Position numbers and translations under genes: made by a program. Shown here piece after piece: positions 41,972 through 57,319 of a stretch of 64,000 bases of DNA (position 1 is its first letter; each line of letters begins with the position of its first letter). This DNA is from the human T2T-CHM13v2.0 reference genome, Homo sapiens: NCBI RefSeq assembly GCF_009914755.1, contig NC_060928.1, one strand, 5' to 3'. The notes under the pieces are model-generated. The model saw nothing but the letters and a program-made list of their open reading frames with translations, was not told the origin of the DNA and did no database searches.

Positions 41972-44900
41972 TATCCCCCTAAGAGATGTGATCCCCATAA
42001 ATCTTTATGGGAGGCAGAGGAACTGATGGTCTTTTTTTTTTTTTTGTAACTCCTTCATGCTGGTTTGGGGAGTAGTCCCTACCTATTTGGGATTACAGAA
42101 CTCTCACCCTGTTCTGTCTAGTGGAGGCAGGGTAACTTCTTGATGGCCGGGGTGGCATCTTCACCTGGAACTGGCTAGAACCCTAGTTGCATGATCAGCT
42201 GAAGCTTGATGGTTTCCAGGTGAAAAGAAATGAATTTGGTTAAAATATTTAATGGGAACTTCAGGCGATGGATACCTATGCTGTCAGAAATGTTTGTTTT
42301 AGAGATTTGCAGGAGAAAAAAACAAAACCTCATCTATTCTAGAATCTATGTATTTAAAGAAGTCTTAGCACAAGCTATTCTATTTTGGTTTGGTTTGATT
42401 TGTTGGGTCCTAGTGCATGAGCCTAGTCCAAAACAATGGCCTCACAGAATTTTATTTAAAAAATTCCCCCTTTTTGGTCAGGTCCTCACTTAGGTGAGAG
42501 TGTGACCAAAACTTAAGGCCTTAGCGCCGCTATCAGTAACCACCATTTTGGGGTTCCAGTCTCAGCACCTCATTTATACTTTACGGTGTCCTCATGGTTG
42601 CATATTTCTTTCAGCTCCTGAAAGAGCTGAAATATACAGAGCACCAGGGAGACTAAAACTATTGGGATGATAATACCAAGAGTTCAGAGTATGCTCCTTA
42701 CCGAAGGTCTCCATAAACCAAACTTCCTAAAATCAAATAGATTAAAGAATGAGCTAGATAAAGAGTTTATTCATTTGACTAAGCAATTTCTTCATCAATC
42801 CCCTACCACTGAATCTCTATAGTCTTTATTTGATGCATTTCCCCATAGGCCACAAGTGCCAGAAGCTAGACAGATACTTCTCTGTTCAGCCAATTCTCTC
42901 AATGAGCATAACTTTCACAAAAGAATTTAAAGTTTGTTGTATAACTGTAGCCTTTACAGTAGAATTTGCTATAGAGCCTATCATGAGGGATACATTTCTA
43001 ATCATTGCTTCTTTTACATTAAATCATGGATAAAAGACCTAACCAATGATGCTGTTTTAGAAGAGTGAAGGCCTTTTGGCAATGTTCTCTTTAACCCATG
43101 ATGTGGGTTAAGAGAAGTGAACCATTGTTTTGTTTTTGACTGATTATGAGGCCACATATGTACCATTAAGGTTTCTTACCTACATTGGACCTTCATATTT
43201 TATCTATCAAGTATAAGGTTATCCATGTACAAGGCTGGCTGCAAACTCCTTTACAAGTAAAAATGCACCCAATTAGTGCACATAACAGACACCCTTTCCA
43301 CTTCTGTTGTTCATAGAGGCATAAGCATAAAAAAAAATCAAAGATAAGAGTTTCATGACAGTAGAAGTCTTAATCTGTGAACTTGGGAAACACTCTTCAC
43401 ATCAAGAATACCATCGTCTTCTTGGGAGAAATTTTCCTGGTTAGCTTTACCTCAAGTTTTCCAATGGGTGCACAGCTCCAAGAACATGGAGTAACCCTTC
43501 TCAGTTGTGAGTTTATGAACCCAAAGTTCAAGGTCTTGAAGTTTTATTTTAGTGTGAATGGCAAGGACAATCTTTCTCTGATGTTTCCAGAAGATTCAAA
43601 CTGTAAAAAGCTTTCTTCATCTGGCGAAAATACATAGTAGCATAATAATTTACTGTTATAACATCAGCCCTCTTGCATGGGAAAGCTTTAATACAACCAG
43701 AAAACATTCATTGAAAATTACAATTGAATGAAATCCCTTTATAAAATGTTTAAATGGCCAACCAGGTGACCAAATGTACCTGAAGCTTTGTTTTCCCAGG
43801 AGTATGGAATCAAGCATTGGTTATAAACTATTTTAAACAATTTTAATATTAGCGGCTTAATGTGAAAGTATTGATATTTCATTAATTTTTTGTTTTACTT
43901 GTGTTAGTAGCTTCACACAAGGAAATTTTGTTATTTCTGTGATTCACAATAAGTTGACATAACTATAATTATGATTTGTAGCATATAATTAGACATTAGA
44001 ATTCTAGAAATCCCATACAATTTTGAAATATATATTCGTATTATTCACAAAAATATTACCTAAAGAAGATTGAGCATCATTTTGGCAATCCCATGTACCT
44101 AAACGTGTCAAATAATCCTGTTTACCTCTCTTTTCTGGACACTTTAAGCACCCTCTGAGGTACTCGAAAAGCCAGGGGCCAAGGAAGACAATTTTGAAAC
44201 TGAAGTTTGATTTTGGGAATGCTAGATTTCTATGTTATTTATTTTGCCAAAATGATGACTCAGAAACTTTAAAGAACAAAAACCTTTTATAACCATTTTA
44301 ATTTAGTCAACATGTTCACACAGAGAACCTCTTCTGCAAGATTAATTTCCACAATTTTCCACCACTTCTTTGAACCTTCAGCTTTCCCTATCTAACTTAA
44401 AACAACCCTTTATTGCTAGGCAAAAGTTTACATTTCCACGCCTTCTTATAACCTTTTACTAAAAAATAACATTTTACTGTTCTTATACACCTTGCATGTA
44501 AATCTAATTGTAGTAGTCTTAATTGCATGTTACAATGGTGAGTCTTAGCAATTTTAACTTTAATGTAAGACTTGGTAAGTTATGTTCTGATAAGGTTTGA
44601 CTATTTCCAGCATAGCTGGGGCATGGCCAACTCCAAAGGTCCCCAGGCCTTACCTAGATGGAAAGCTGGCAAGTTACACAATTTTCAAAAGCCGAAGAAG
44701 CAGCGTATGACCTTGAAGTATTTAGCAAACCTAATACTTGAACATAATTTAGACTACATGTTTACCTTTTGAAGAAAATTTTATTTTACCAATAATTTTG
44801 AAAACTGTATTTCCCAAAGATTGCTAAAGTTGTGTGAACTAAAAGGCATTACATTTCCTATTTTTCTGACAAAGCATTTGATTTAAGCCGTTATTATTAT

Positions 44901-46249
44901 TAAACCAATTAATTAAAACTTTGCAGAAGAGATAAACAGTGGCTTTTACTTTATATTTAACCAGTTTGCACAGAGAGAAAGAGGCCAGTGACTGACTGGT
45001 AAGAAATTCTTACCCTTTTGCCGGCATGCTAGATTCCTGGGTTCTCTCTCCCTGAGCAGCCCTGGCAACCCTGCTGACCCTGCTTTACTGCATGCAAACA
45101 AACACATTGCCATGAATTAAGAATATTCATAGATAGTTTACGAATTCTGGAGAAACTAGGCAGAGAGAGAAATATGACTCAAATTCTATTTGTGAGACTA
45201 CATTCAACACACTTAAAGTATCAGGAAGACTAAAATCCAAAAAATTAGTTTAAGAATAAAAAGCTGGTGTGCTCTATTCATTCCTGTAGGCTTGACAAAG
45301 GTTGCTTAGGAATTCCAGATAAATTGAATGAATGATGACTTGCTGGAAATGCATGGAAACACAGAACTAAATAAAAGCCTTCCAATAGGAACTAAAAAAA
45401 AAAAAAATGTGGTTTTATATATAGAGATACACAAGCAAAGCCAGAGGAGAATAAACAGCAAATAAACAAAAACTAGAAGCAAAAACGAATAAACAAAAAC
45501 CAATCCTAAATTTTCATACTCAATTTACCCTGGAAGCTACACTGTTACCTAGGGCCCCCCAAAAAACCACATAATGAATATTTTATTCCTGATACACAAT
45601 TCAATACCCTTAAGTTCACTAATACCATTATACATTCTGTGCAATCAAGAAATCCATGTTAGGCACATGACCAATAAGTACTTTAGCACTATCCACACAA
45701 AACAGTAAACATAGTGTGAAGCAATGCAAGCATGTATGTGAAATTTAGCTTTATGCTAAATTTAGCTTCATGCTTAACTATATTAAAATACAACTGCCAA
45801 ACTGCTGATGCAATTGTTACAATACTTCTTGTTTTACGTTAACCAAGACTAAGAGCTTTAACTATGAAAATGTTAATTAGCCAAATATCTGCAATTCTGT
45901 CAGGTTTTAAAGAATATTTTATTGTATAAGCTTTTTCCACATCTTTCTCCCCTACTTAATCATTCCTTACTACATTGTTTTATAAACAACCTTTTCAAAT
46001 CTGTAATTTGAACTAACTCTTAGATAACTTTTGAATTGGACAAAATTATTCTTTTTTTTTTTTTTTTCACTAATAACATAACCCTTCCTGGCACATTTTT
46101 TATACAGAATTATGTGTTAACTAAAATTTTTATCCTTAGTACCCTAAAACTTTAGAGAGACCCTAAAAAGTAAAAAATCCTGAGCTATTAGATATGGGCA
46201 TTTGTAGATAAGAATAATTCAAAAATTCTAGAAATGCATTTCCCCATAT

Positions 46250-47037
<788 letters not shown>

Positions 47038-48812
47038 ATATTACAACTCTTCTTATTTGGAAATGACCCATATATTAAATAAGCATTAAAAATAACCCTA
47101 AGATTTTAATTTACATAAAAAGTTTACCTAAAACGTTTATGTCATTCACTGTACTTAATTTTTACTTTTAACAAGGGAGACATGAGACATCAATCAACAT
47201 ATATAAAACAAACATGGGTTTGGTCCAGAAAGGGAGGACAACTCCAGGTGAAGGGGGTGCTGGGGGTCTTTCAGATCACAGGTGGGAGACAAAGGGTTGC
47301 ATTCTTTTGAGTTTCTGATTAGCCTTTCCAAAAGAAGCAATCAGATATGCATTTATCTCAGTAAGACTCTGAATAGAATGGGAGGCAGGCTCACCCAGGG
47401 CAGCTCCCAGCTTGAATTAACACTATTTTAAAATATCTAGCAAAGACAAACATAAAATTTAGACAAAATGTATGCTAACAATTCCAAAGGCATTTCTGTT
47501 TTTATTCCACCAATAATTTTAAAGCTAGTTTGTTTAGTAAAGTTATACTTTAAGTCACATGAACTTGAAAATTGCTTAGACTTATTTACTTAATTTATGA
47601 GTGCTCTTTTACTTATAAGCCAATTTGGTAGACATGGCATATAACAATTTAGTGTACATACAAGTAAACACATCTAGACACGTACACACACACACACATA
47701 AATGAAGATCCAGTAGCTTGGAACCTTAGCCTGAGACAGCAATACAAGCTTGCCAGTTTTACTTTGCCCCAATAGATAATCCAAGGAAGGCTGTGAAACA
47801 AAATTCCAGGTAAAGCAGTTTGATTTTTAAAGGCTAAACCTCCCCAGACTCCAAGGAGCACTAGGGCCAAACAGTACCAAAGAAGGGTGCCAAACGTTAA
47901 CCAGGCCCACTGCTTGGAAGAGCAGCACAAAAGCCTGTATACATGCAACATCACCCCACTTTCCAATTAGACAGTCAACTTCAGATTCCAAACAATTTTG
48001 GGGCCAAGCAGCATTGCAACTGCGAGAAAAAATTCTAAGGAGGTTTTAATACTAGACCTCAGAACCTCTGCCAAGAGCATACTCTTTGGAGAGTTTGAGG
48101 TTTGCAGAACCCACAGAGTGTCTTCCTTTGGGGTCCAATCTTAGAGCTCCAGATGTCTCTGGCCTTAGGGGTGCGCGCCACATGCAGGTTTCCCCTCCAA
48201 AGCGTACCATGAGATTTTTAAGAACAGCCATGAACTGTAATGAGAACTGGATGTCCTGTGAGCCTTTTGTTCCTTAGCCAGTTGAGTATGGTAAGGTAAG
48301 GATTTAGTATATGAAAAGAAGGTTTAAGTTGCCTGAAACACGTGTGAGTTTGCTCAGAGCTGCATCACCATAGGGATTAGGAACCATGCTCAGAAAAGAA
48401 TTTTTTTAAAAACATCCTTACCCCTTCGGGGCAGAGCAATTATTCCCATTTATTCCCAGGCCTTCAGGCAATACTGGGGAGTAACCCCAGCCAATTGCCC
48501 TCAATTTCCAAGGAGAAACTAGGAAAAAGCCACTGTAGGACTGAAAAAGAAAGAGAGGAAAAAAATAAAAATAAAAAAAGACCCAGATTCCCTTAAGCAA
48601 AGCGGGCGGTGCCAGTTAGGCTTCTCCACATGAAAACCCCTTAGTTTCATTGGCCACGGCCAGAAACCTGCAGTTGCTTCAGTGTTTAGGTGCTGCCCTC
48701 CAAGGGTCCCAAGTTGGAAAGGAAATGAGAGAGAGAGAGAGAGAGAGAGACCCTGAATGAAGCAGAAAGGAAAGGGAGAAAAATGAATCCCAAACTTAGG
48801 GCCTACCTCTTC

Positions 48813-48830
48813 CTCCAGGATGGCTCGCCA
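48813..48830 (-). other. Primer binding site, tRNA-Arg(ACG)
   Basis: Minus strand TGGCGAGCCATCCTGGAG, 16/18 match to the recalled complement TGGCGAGCCAGCCAGGAG. Confidence 0.75.
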
Positions 48831-48835
48831 AAATA

Positions 48836-49180
48836 TGTTAATGGTGGCGGAGGTGGGGGTCCAGGTTCTTGGCATCCTGAACAAAGAATGGGACAAAACA
48901 CACAAACAAAGCAACGAATGAATGAAGGGTTTTATTGAAAAAGAAAGTACATTCCACAGTGTGGGAGCGGGCCTGAGCATAGGGGCTCAAGGGCCCTGTT
49001 ACAGAGCTTTTGTGAGTTTAAATACCCTCTACTTGGGATACGGCTTATCTAAATGAAGAGGATGAAGTAAAGTTACAAAGTCACTTACAGGGTATGCCCT
49101 ATAGAGAGGACATTTTGTGTTACAGCTGAAGTGTGAATGGGCCTTGTGTTTCCTGCCTCTAGATTCTATTTCCATCCTCA
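48836..49180 (-). mobile_element. MER61 5' LTR
   Basis: Colinear with 41315-41971 once the Alu is removed; TG...CA termini. Confidence 0.88.
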
Positions 49181-49243
49181 GTGCCATAATTTCACATTTA
49201 TAATGCCAGGTATTCGTTTGTCGGCTGGTATATGGTTTACCTT

Positions 49244-50420
49244 TTTTTATTTTATGTATTCATTTACTTATTTAAGAGACAGGGTCTCTTGAGGTTTGCT
49301 GAACCCATGGAATGTCCTCCTTTGGGGTCCAATCTTAGAGCTCCAGATGTCTCTGTCACCCAGGCTGAAGTACAGTGGCAATGTTACCAGTGGGTCTTTG
49401 TTCTTAGAGCTCCCAAGATGGTGATGGGCCGCTCCCAAGATAGTGGCGGCCACTCCCATGATGGCAGCAAGCCTTTTGTTCTCTGACCTGAGGTTCTTGG
49501 CCTCACGGATTCCAAGGAGTGGAACTTTGGGCCATGCGGTGAGTGTTACAGCTCTATTAGAAGCCGTGGGTCACAGAAAAGAACCGCGAAACCCAGCGAT
49601 TAGTGTTCAGCTCGATTAGGACGAACCCGGGCCCTTAGCTGCGCAGGAACAACCGCAAGCCTCTAGCCTGAACGGGAGCGGCAATGGGCGCCTCCCTAGA
49701 TCAGAAACGCAGCAGACATCCCGCCAGATCCAGAGGGGTGGAAGTCAACAGCGGGTCTGCAACAATGGCGATCAGCAGTGGTGGACGGCGAGCGATAGCT
49801 CAGCTCAGGCTGGAACAAGCAGGGAGCAGAAGAATGTGAAGTTGCAAGATTTAACAGAGTGAAAACAGAGCTTCCATACAATGGGAGGGGACCCAAATGG
49901 GTTTGCCCATCTGGCTCAAATGCCTGGGTTTGTATCCCGATCATTGTCCCTCCCCCTGTGCTCTCAGGTGATAGATGATTTCATTATTTCTTTACCTCCT
50001 GCTTTTAGCCTAATTGGTATTTTAGTGAGCCCTCTTTACTACCTGATGGGGCGGGTTTGAGCTGAGTTACAAGCCCGGTGTTTAAAGGTGGGTGTGGTCT
50101 CCTTCCCCAGCTAGGCTTAGGAATTCTTAGTCAGCCTAGGAAATCCAGCTAGTCCTGTAGTCCAGCTAGTCCTGTCTCTCAGCACGATAGTGGCTCAATG
50201 AAGCCTCAACCTCCCAAGCTCAAGTGATCCTCCCATCTCAGCTTCCTGAACAGCTAGGAGTACAGGTGTATGCCACCATACTGGCTAATTTTTTATTTTT
50301 TTTAGAGACAGGGTATCTCTGTGTTACCCAGGGTGGTCTCAAACTCCTGGGTTTAAGAGATCCTCCCACCTCAGCCTCCTAAAGTATTGGGTTTACAAGC
50401 GTGAGACACTGCATCCAGCC
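49244..50420 (-). mobile_element. AluJ-type SINE split by an LTR17-type LTR and a 67-bp templated insert
   Basis: GAGACAGGGTCTC[insert]CTCTGTCACCCAGGCTGAAGTACAGTGGCA[LTR]CGATAGTGGCTCA...CATCCAGCC. Confidence 0.88.
49382..50181 (-). mobile_element. LTR17-type (HERV-W-related) solo LTR
   Basis: Minus strand TGAGAGACAGGACTAGCTGGA...GGTAACA; TSD GCAA/GCAC; 17-bp tandem duplication near the terminus. Confidence 0.9.
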
Positions 50421-51532
50421 CTTTTACGTTAATACTGAGTTTGTTGTACTCTAATGTGTAATATCATACCTCAAAGCTGTAACTTTGAAAGAATAATGTG
50501 TCATTTCTCCCACTGGATTCTCAAGAGTCTCCTCCCCCTTTCTGCCATGGTGATTTAACTCTGGCAGAAAAAAGATATTTATATAAACTGTTTAATTTAT
50601 TTAAATAATCTGCTTTTACTAGGTTTTAAAATATTCAGTAGCAAAATGGAAGCCTCTAAAGCACTGTACACTTCAAAAATAAAATTCTAACTGTTCTCCA
50701 CTTTAAAATTCTCTTGGTTTTAATACTACAGTGGGTGTCTAATTCATTCTTCTTTCACCTTTTTTGTGTGTGTCTCTTTAAACTTACTCTTTCCATTTGA
50801 GGGGCTTTCTTTTTTTAACGTATGATTTTATTAACAAGATATTATTAGAAAAATGGAGCCCTCTGTTGATTCATTTTTATTCTGTACAATCAGATTTTGC
50901 ACAGGTTTTTTTAAAATAAAAGATAAAATTCAAAACAACAAAAAATAGGCATTCCTCTATGGTAACATCATGTTACTTCTTAAATGTGTGTCCCCTAAAA
51001 TAATATGGCATCCTTTTCCAAAATACTAAGCATTGTCAGAGGAACAACCCAGGGACTTACAGGATGGGAGCCATTTTCATTGGAATCTGCAAAGCTAGGG
51101 TATCTCAGCCTATTTTTGCTTTGTATTTATTTTTGCTGTAATTTATTAAAGTAGCACATTCTAAGAGACTAATATTAATAAATTAAAAAAACAACAAAGA
51201 GTCTTGCCAGATGCTTAACTCTTGAGGTCAAGGTTCAGGGAAGTCTTATTCTTAAGTTAGCTCCTTTGCTTAAAGTAACATAGAGAAAATAGGCACAAAG
51301 CAGGGTCAATTCCACTCTAGATAAATCATGATGAAGTAGATTATGCAAGTTCTTAGGATAGCTGTAGACAAAATATACTCTCTTGGAGTATATTTTCATT
51401 TTGGAAGTAGCACATGCAATTAGACAAATTTCATAAAATCTTCTATGTGAGTTTCATAGGCTCGTGTAAATGGTTGTTCTTCCCATAAAAGGCTGATGGG
51501 GTTAATAGGTTGTGCCCTCAAATCAAATAGTT

Positions 51533-51970
51533 ATATCAGTCTGAAAAGGCCAAGTTATTCTGTCATGATAAACAAAATCCCAAACCTTAGCTGCCTAAGC
51601 CAACAAAGCTTTGTTTCTTACTCTATTTGTTATTCACCGTAAATTTTGATTGCAAGTTGGTGGTGGCATTTTTCAGTGTTTCCATTATTCTCACCATGGG
51701 ACCCAGGCTGTTGGAGGAACTCTAATCTGGAACAATTCCACTTGGTCTGATAAATAGTAAATAGCACTCCAGAGTATGTTATAGAACCAATTAAATTCTC
51801 AACTCAGAAGTGACACAGTTCACTTTCTCCTCATAATTCATTGACTAGAATGAATCATGACCACTAGAGTGGTCGTATGGTTTCCCCCAAGTACAGAGGC
51901 AGAGGGAGTGAAATGCTACCAGATGACAGAAAAATGTAAATATCTAGTAAACAATAGTATTCATTCCACA
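51533..51970 (-). mobile_element. Old MLT1 (J/K/L-type) MaLR LTR
   Basis: AAACAAAATCCCAAACCTTAGCTGCCTAAGCCAACAAAGCTTTGTTTCTTACTC...GGGACCCAGGCTG...AGAAGTGACACA. Confidence 0.6.
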
Positions 51971-52060
51971 ATAGGCGAAGGTCTTTGTGTCCCTTATGGC
52001 CATTTATTTTGTATAATATGTACAAATCCTTGGTTAACAGCACTTTAGGTGAGAAATTAA

Positions 52061-52367
<307 letters not shown>

Positions 52368-52898
52368 TCGTTCATCTTTGTGTTTTTATAAAATAATTCT
52401 TAACAACAGTGTCTCAAATATTGAAAGAATACATTTGAGTCTTTTCATAGACTCAAATTTTTCTGCCTTGGATAAAGTAATAAAAGTTGTAAGTTCACTT
52501 TTTTCTTAGAAAGTCATCCTATTCCCCCACAAAAGTGAACTATGTCAATTGTTGACTTTAGACAGTCAGGTATTTGAAGAATTTCACCTTCAGACACAGG
52601 AAAGGAACAATGTGAGCAATATGTGGATACCACTTGACACTGCATTTGAAAAGGAATAAAAGAAGAAGAAAAACCATTTCAGATGTTTTCTGTCTGCTTC
52701 TCTATTGGCATTTCTAGCTCCTTAAAAAAAAAAAAAACACTGAGCTTTGCAAAGAGGTGAGAAATGCTTGATTTTAATTTTGATGGGATCACATAGAAAT
52801 TAAATGAAAAGAGAATTACCTTTGTAATGTAAAAGAATTATGTTCTAGCACGATCCAACCAGTTACATGTCCTTAGGTAATTATTTATCCTTTCAGAG

Positions 52899-53210
52899 CA
52901 GAGGTTGGCAAATTATGTCCTGTGAGTCAAATTCAACTTGCTGCTTATTTTTGAATGGTTCTCAAACCAAGATGGATTTTACATTTAATAATAATAATTT
53001 TAAAAATCAAAAGTAATAATATTTCATGACCCATGCAAAACATATGAAATTTAAACCTCAGTGAAACACAGCCATGCACCTTCATTCGCATATTGTCTAT
53101 GACTGTTTTCATGCTACAGTGACAGAGCTGAATAGTTGCAACAGAGGCTATGTCATTGTAAACTCTAAAATATTTACTATCTGGCCTATAGCAGAGTTTT
53201 CCATCTCTTG
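52899..53210 (+). mobile_element. MER58B-type hAT-Charlie DNA transposon
   Basis: CAGAGGTTGGCAAATTATG...CTAAAATATTTACTATCTGGCC; 8-bp TSD TTT(C/T)AGAG. Confidence 0.8.
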
Positions 53211-54299
53211 TTTTAGAGTTTTACTTTACTTATCTATGCAATAAGAATGACTTATTTCATAATATTGCAATATTTTGGAAAATTGATTTTTTTCTAATTT
53301 CATTTTATGATTTATTCTGGCTCTACTCAAAATTATGATTTAATAACAAATCACAGATGGTTTTTCCTCTGTTTATAAGAATTGAATATCCATTGTGCTT
53401 TTTAAGTTTATGATTTAGATAATTAGGCTAAAAAGGGCACCCTATTCCACACATACTTTTATGTGACTTTGCTCTGTTTCCCACTTGGGAGACACTACTG
53501 CACCTCTTACTATAACTAAAGCCCATGGAGGAAAAAAAAGAATGAAGATATCCAAGTTTTGTGATTAAAGATGGTAGTTGTCTTGACTGTTTTAATTAAA
53601 ATTCCTTATTCCTTCCATGTGAAGTACCACACCTGACAACAGTTGTATCGTAGTTTACATTTCTTGGAGGTAAAGAGAGAGGGAAGAACACAAAACCTTA
53701 CACCTCCTTAGAATAAAAGAATGCAAAAGAATAGGTGTAACAAATCCATAAGTGGGTCATTGTTTGCATTAAGTGTGATAATACAGAGGCCCCATAATCA
53801 GGGTTGTACTTGAGCCACAGGTAACGTGTAATACTAAAGGGTCTTATTGCTAGGTAAAGTGGTTAAATCTAATTTCCAAAAATGACAGCCATAAAAACAT
53901 ATTAATCCAGATTTTCAAAAAGACAAGATAATAGATTAAAAATAATGAGAAATAACACATTTTTGGAAGGAAAATTGGCAAAAAAAGTATTTAATAACCT
54001 AGAAGCAGAGAGAACATTAAAACTAATGTCTGTAAACTTTCATGCCAACAACAAGTAAACAAAATTGTCTTCTGAATCCTGAAAATTCTTAGGAATTAAT
54101 GGCACAAGCTACCATATATGGCTAACGTAAGATGTAAAGTTGAAAATGTACTTTTATACACCGGCCTCTTCCCTTTTCCTTGAATGCACCATTTCTCTGC
54201 ATTTGTAATTCCTTTGTACATAATGCCTTTTCCACAGAAATTCCCATGGTTTCCTTCCTCAATATTTTTCAGGAATTTATCCGATTATTATTGAAAGGA

Positions 54300-55210
54300 T
54301 AACAAAATATACAGTCACTTCAATGTATCATCCATAATGTCTTATAACCAATAAAAATTTCTAGACATTCAATAGAACAAGAAAATATAATTCATAATAA
54401 AGAAACCAATAAGATGATCAGATATTGGAACTAGTAGACAAAGAAAAAGCAACTATAATAAATATGAGAAGATTAAAAGAAGAGATATTTATAATAAGTA
54501 TATGGATATAACTATTAGTAGAGAAATTAAAATTATAAAAAAGCAAACAAAATATAACATTTATTATATGGGTTTAATGATTAGTTGCAGACAGCAAAAC
54601 AGGGAAGTCAGTGTATGTGAAATTATATCAATAGAAATTATCGGATCTGAAGAACTAAAGTGTTGTTATATATACAGAAAACTGAAATGAACAAGAGTTC
54701 AGTGACCTCTGAAAAAATATGGGACACATTTAGAGTCCCAGGAGGAGATGAGAGGACATTAAAAAATATTTTAAAATAAAATTGCTGAAACCTTACAAAG
54801 TTACCCTGTATCAACTTTTGATTAGGCAACCTCAGCAACAATTTAGCGTCTTAAACCCAGAGAAGACAATGTCTAGACACGCTGTATCTAAACCGCTGAA
54901 AAACAAATAAAATAAGAAAATTGTTGAAAGTGGCCAGAAAGAAATGCTACATTACATACAAAGAAATAACTGTACAAAAGATAAGAAACTGGTAGTAAAT
55001 AATAGCATCATGTCAATGTTGTATTACTAATTGAATAATTATATTGTGGTATATTACAGAATGACTTTGTTCTTAGGAAACACATACTGAAACACATAAA
55101 CAATACAGTGTAACTTTTAAATGAGTGTGAAAAAATATGTAGGTATACATGCATGGGAATACATTTCTTTTTACTATTATTGCAACTTTGTTATAATATG
55201 AAATTTGTAA
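54300..55210 (+). mobile_element. Old L1M fragments (ORF1 region and 3' end)
   Basis: A-rich; GATATTGGAACTAGTAGACAAAG, TTAGAGTCCCAGGAGGAG and TTTGTTCTTAGGAAACACATACTGAA motifs. Confidence 0.55.
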
Positions 55211-57319
55211 AAAAGAAAAAGAACAAAAAACAGCAAAAATATAAATGTATAACTACATGTGTATAAAATAAAAAGTAAATTAAAAAATGTAATGCGTAAT
55301 GGTGGAAACTATGAAAACCTTAGCAGAGTAGGCAGCTTCTTTTGAGCTTGATTGTTGACATAGAGAAATATGTGTTCATGATAGTTAGATCTTTTGATTT
55401 TTTTAATAGAGAAACCTGAAATTTACAATTTTATGTGAAATTTCATAATTTTATATTTCAGTACAGTATTCACTGAATACCTGATGCCATGATTGACTGT
55501 TCATTAAAATAAACACTTTAATTTGGAAACTTTCTATATTAACATATATCAGTAATTCTTGAATAACAAATGATAATTCTGATATTATTGTTTTGGTTGC
55601 ATCTCTAAATGTAGCTCACATGCTTAATATTGTCTGTGTATAAGAGATAAGCTAGTAAAAATCATGTCTAAGATTTTCTAAATTCTGTATTGTTTATATA
55701 TTTTGTATATCTATATCAATTTTTTTGTATTATTTTATAAACATGAGTTTGCAATCTAAAAGTTATCTACATCCCATATTTTTTTCCATTCTTTTCTTAA
55801 TTTTAAGAGCAGTGAAGGTAGCAAAGATTAGGATGAGGAGGGAAGTGCTAGGGAGTATATCTAGGACTTTGAAGACAGTACCACACAGGCCACAGAAACT
55901 GAAGATTGGAACTAAATCATAATAATTTCAGAGACTAAAGAGTCAGATGGAGACAAAATCAGTGTTATACATTGGTTTATAGTCTGGCTTATGGCCCAGA
56001 AAATAAGACAATACACAAATAGGGCAAGAAGAAGTCAGTGTGTGCTACTGTCATCATAGTGGTGAGTTAAGGCGATAATCAGGTATTGAAGAAACAAGAA
56101 AATTCTGATCAGTTATGGAAACACCTGTTAGTGTGTCCTTGCCTTTGTTTAAAAAGCTGGCATGAAGTGTGGTGTATGGATGAGTCAGCCTGACTTAGAA
56201 AGCCAGAGGTAAAACAGATACTCACACTACAGATAACACAGCCAATAAAGTAAGTCAAATCCGTTTACCCATATTAAACTTTAGAAGCTCATCTGATAGC
56301 AGTGATGTGATTGATGAATTCCCATTGTACTTTTATATGTAGGGCAGGTGCTGGCTCTGTGCAAGCTGTGACAACTGTGTCTTGTTCTATAATCTTAATA
56401 GCCTGATTGATGGTATGACTGTCAACATTATGATGCTGTTTTGTGAACCTTGAGCCTATATTATATCAAATTCAAAATAACTGTATCAGTCTTAATATAC
56501 TGTAAAGTATGTAGCATCTGTCTTGTCTTTCTTATTAAAATATCTCTTACATCTTTACCTGACCTAAGTCTATACTCAGAACCCCTAAGGCTCTTAGTTC
56601 TTGGGACACACAAAGGGTCTGTTTACATTACTAAGTATTGTCCACCTTCAAAAATTGTCTATTCTTCTTTCCCCATTCCTGTATATTATCAAAGTATTTC
56701 TCTTTACTACAAACTTAAATATATTCATGTGATTAAAAGTTAAAGTGATTTATCTCTATATTTAACAACCATTCCTCTACTTACCAAATGGTTTAAACAT
56801 ACCAAACTATTGCTTAACAACTAAATATATTCTGAGAAATGCAATGTTAAGTGATTTCATCATCATGAGAGCATTATAGAGTGTAGTGTACTTACACAAA
56901 TCTAGATGTATAGCCTACTACACACTTAGGCTATATGGTATGGCCTATTGATCCCAGCCTACAAACCTGTACAGCATGTTACTGTGCTGAATATTGTAGG
57001 CAATAGTAAGTAACACAATGGTAAGTATTTGTGAAGCTAAACATATCTACACAAAGAAAAAGTACAGGAAAAATACAGTATAAAACAACAAAAAAGGTAT
57101 ACCTATATAGGGCACTTACCATGAATGGAGCTTACAAGACTGAAAGTGGCTCTGGGTGAGTCAGTGTGTGAGTGGTGAGTGAATGTGAAGGCCTAGGACA
57201 TTACTGTACTCTACTGTAGACTTAGGCTACATTAATTTATTTAAAAATATTTTTTTCCTGGAAATAAATTAACATTAGCTTCCTTTAACTTTTTACTTAA
57301 TAAACTTTTTATAAACTTT

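Noticed and set aside
51370-51396. 11-bp perfect hairpin AAAATATACTC/GAGTATATTTT (similar one at 6194-6214)
   Set aside because: Short AT-rich stems are expected by chance or slippage in 64 kb of this composition.
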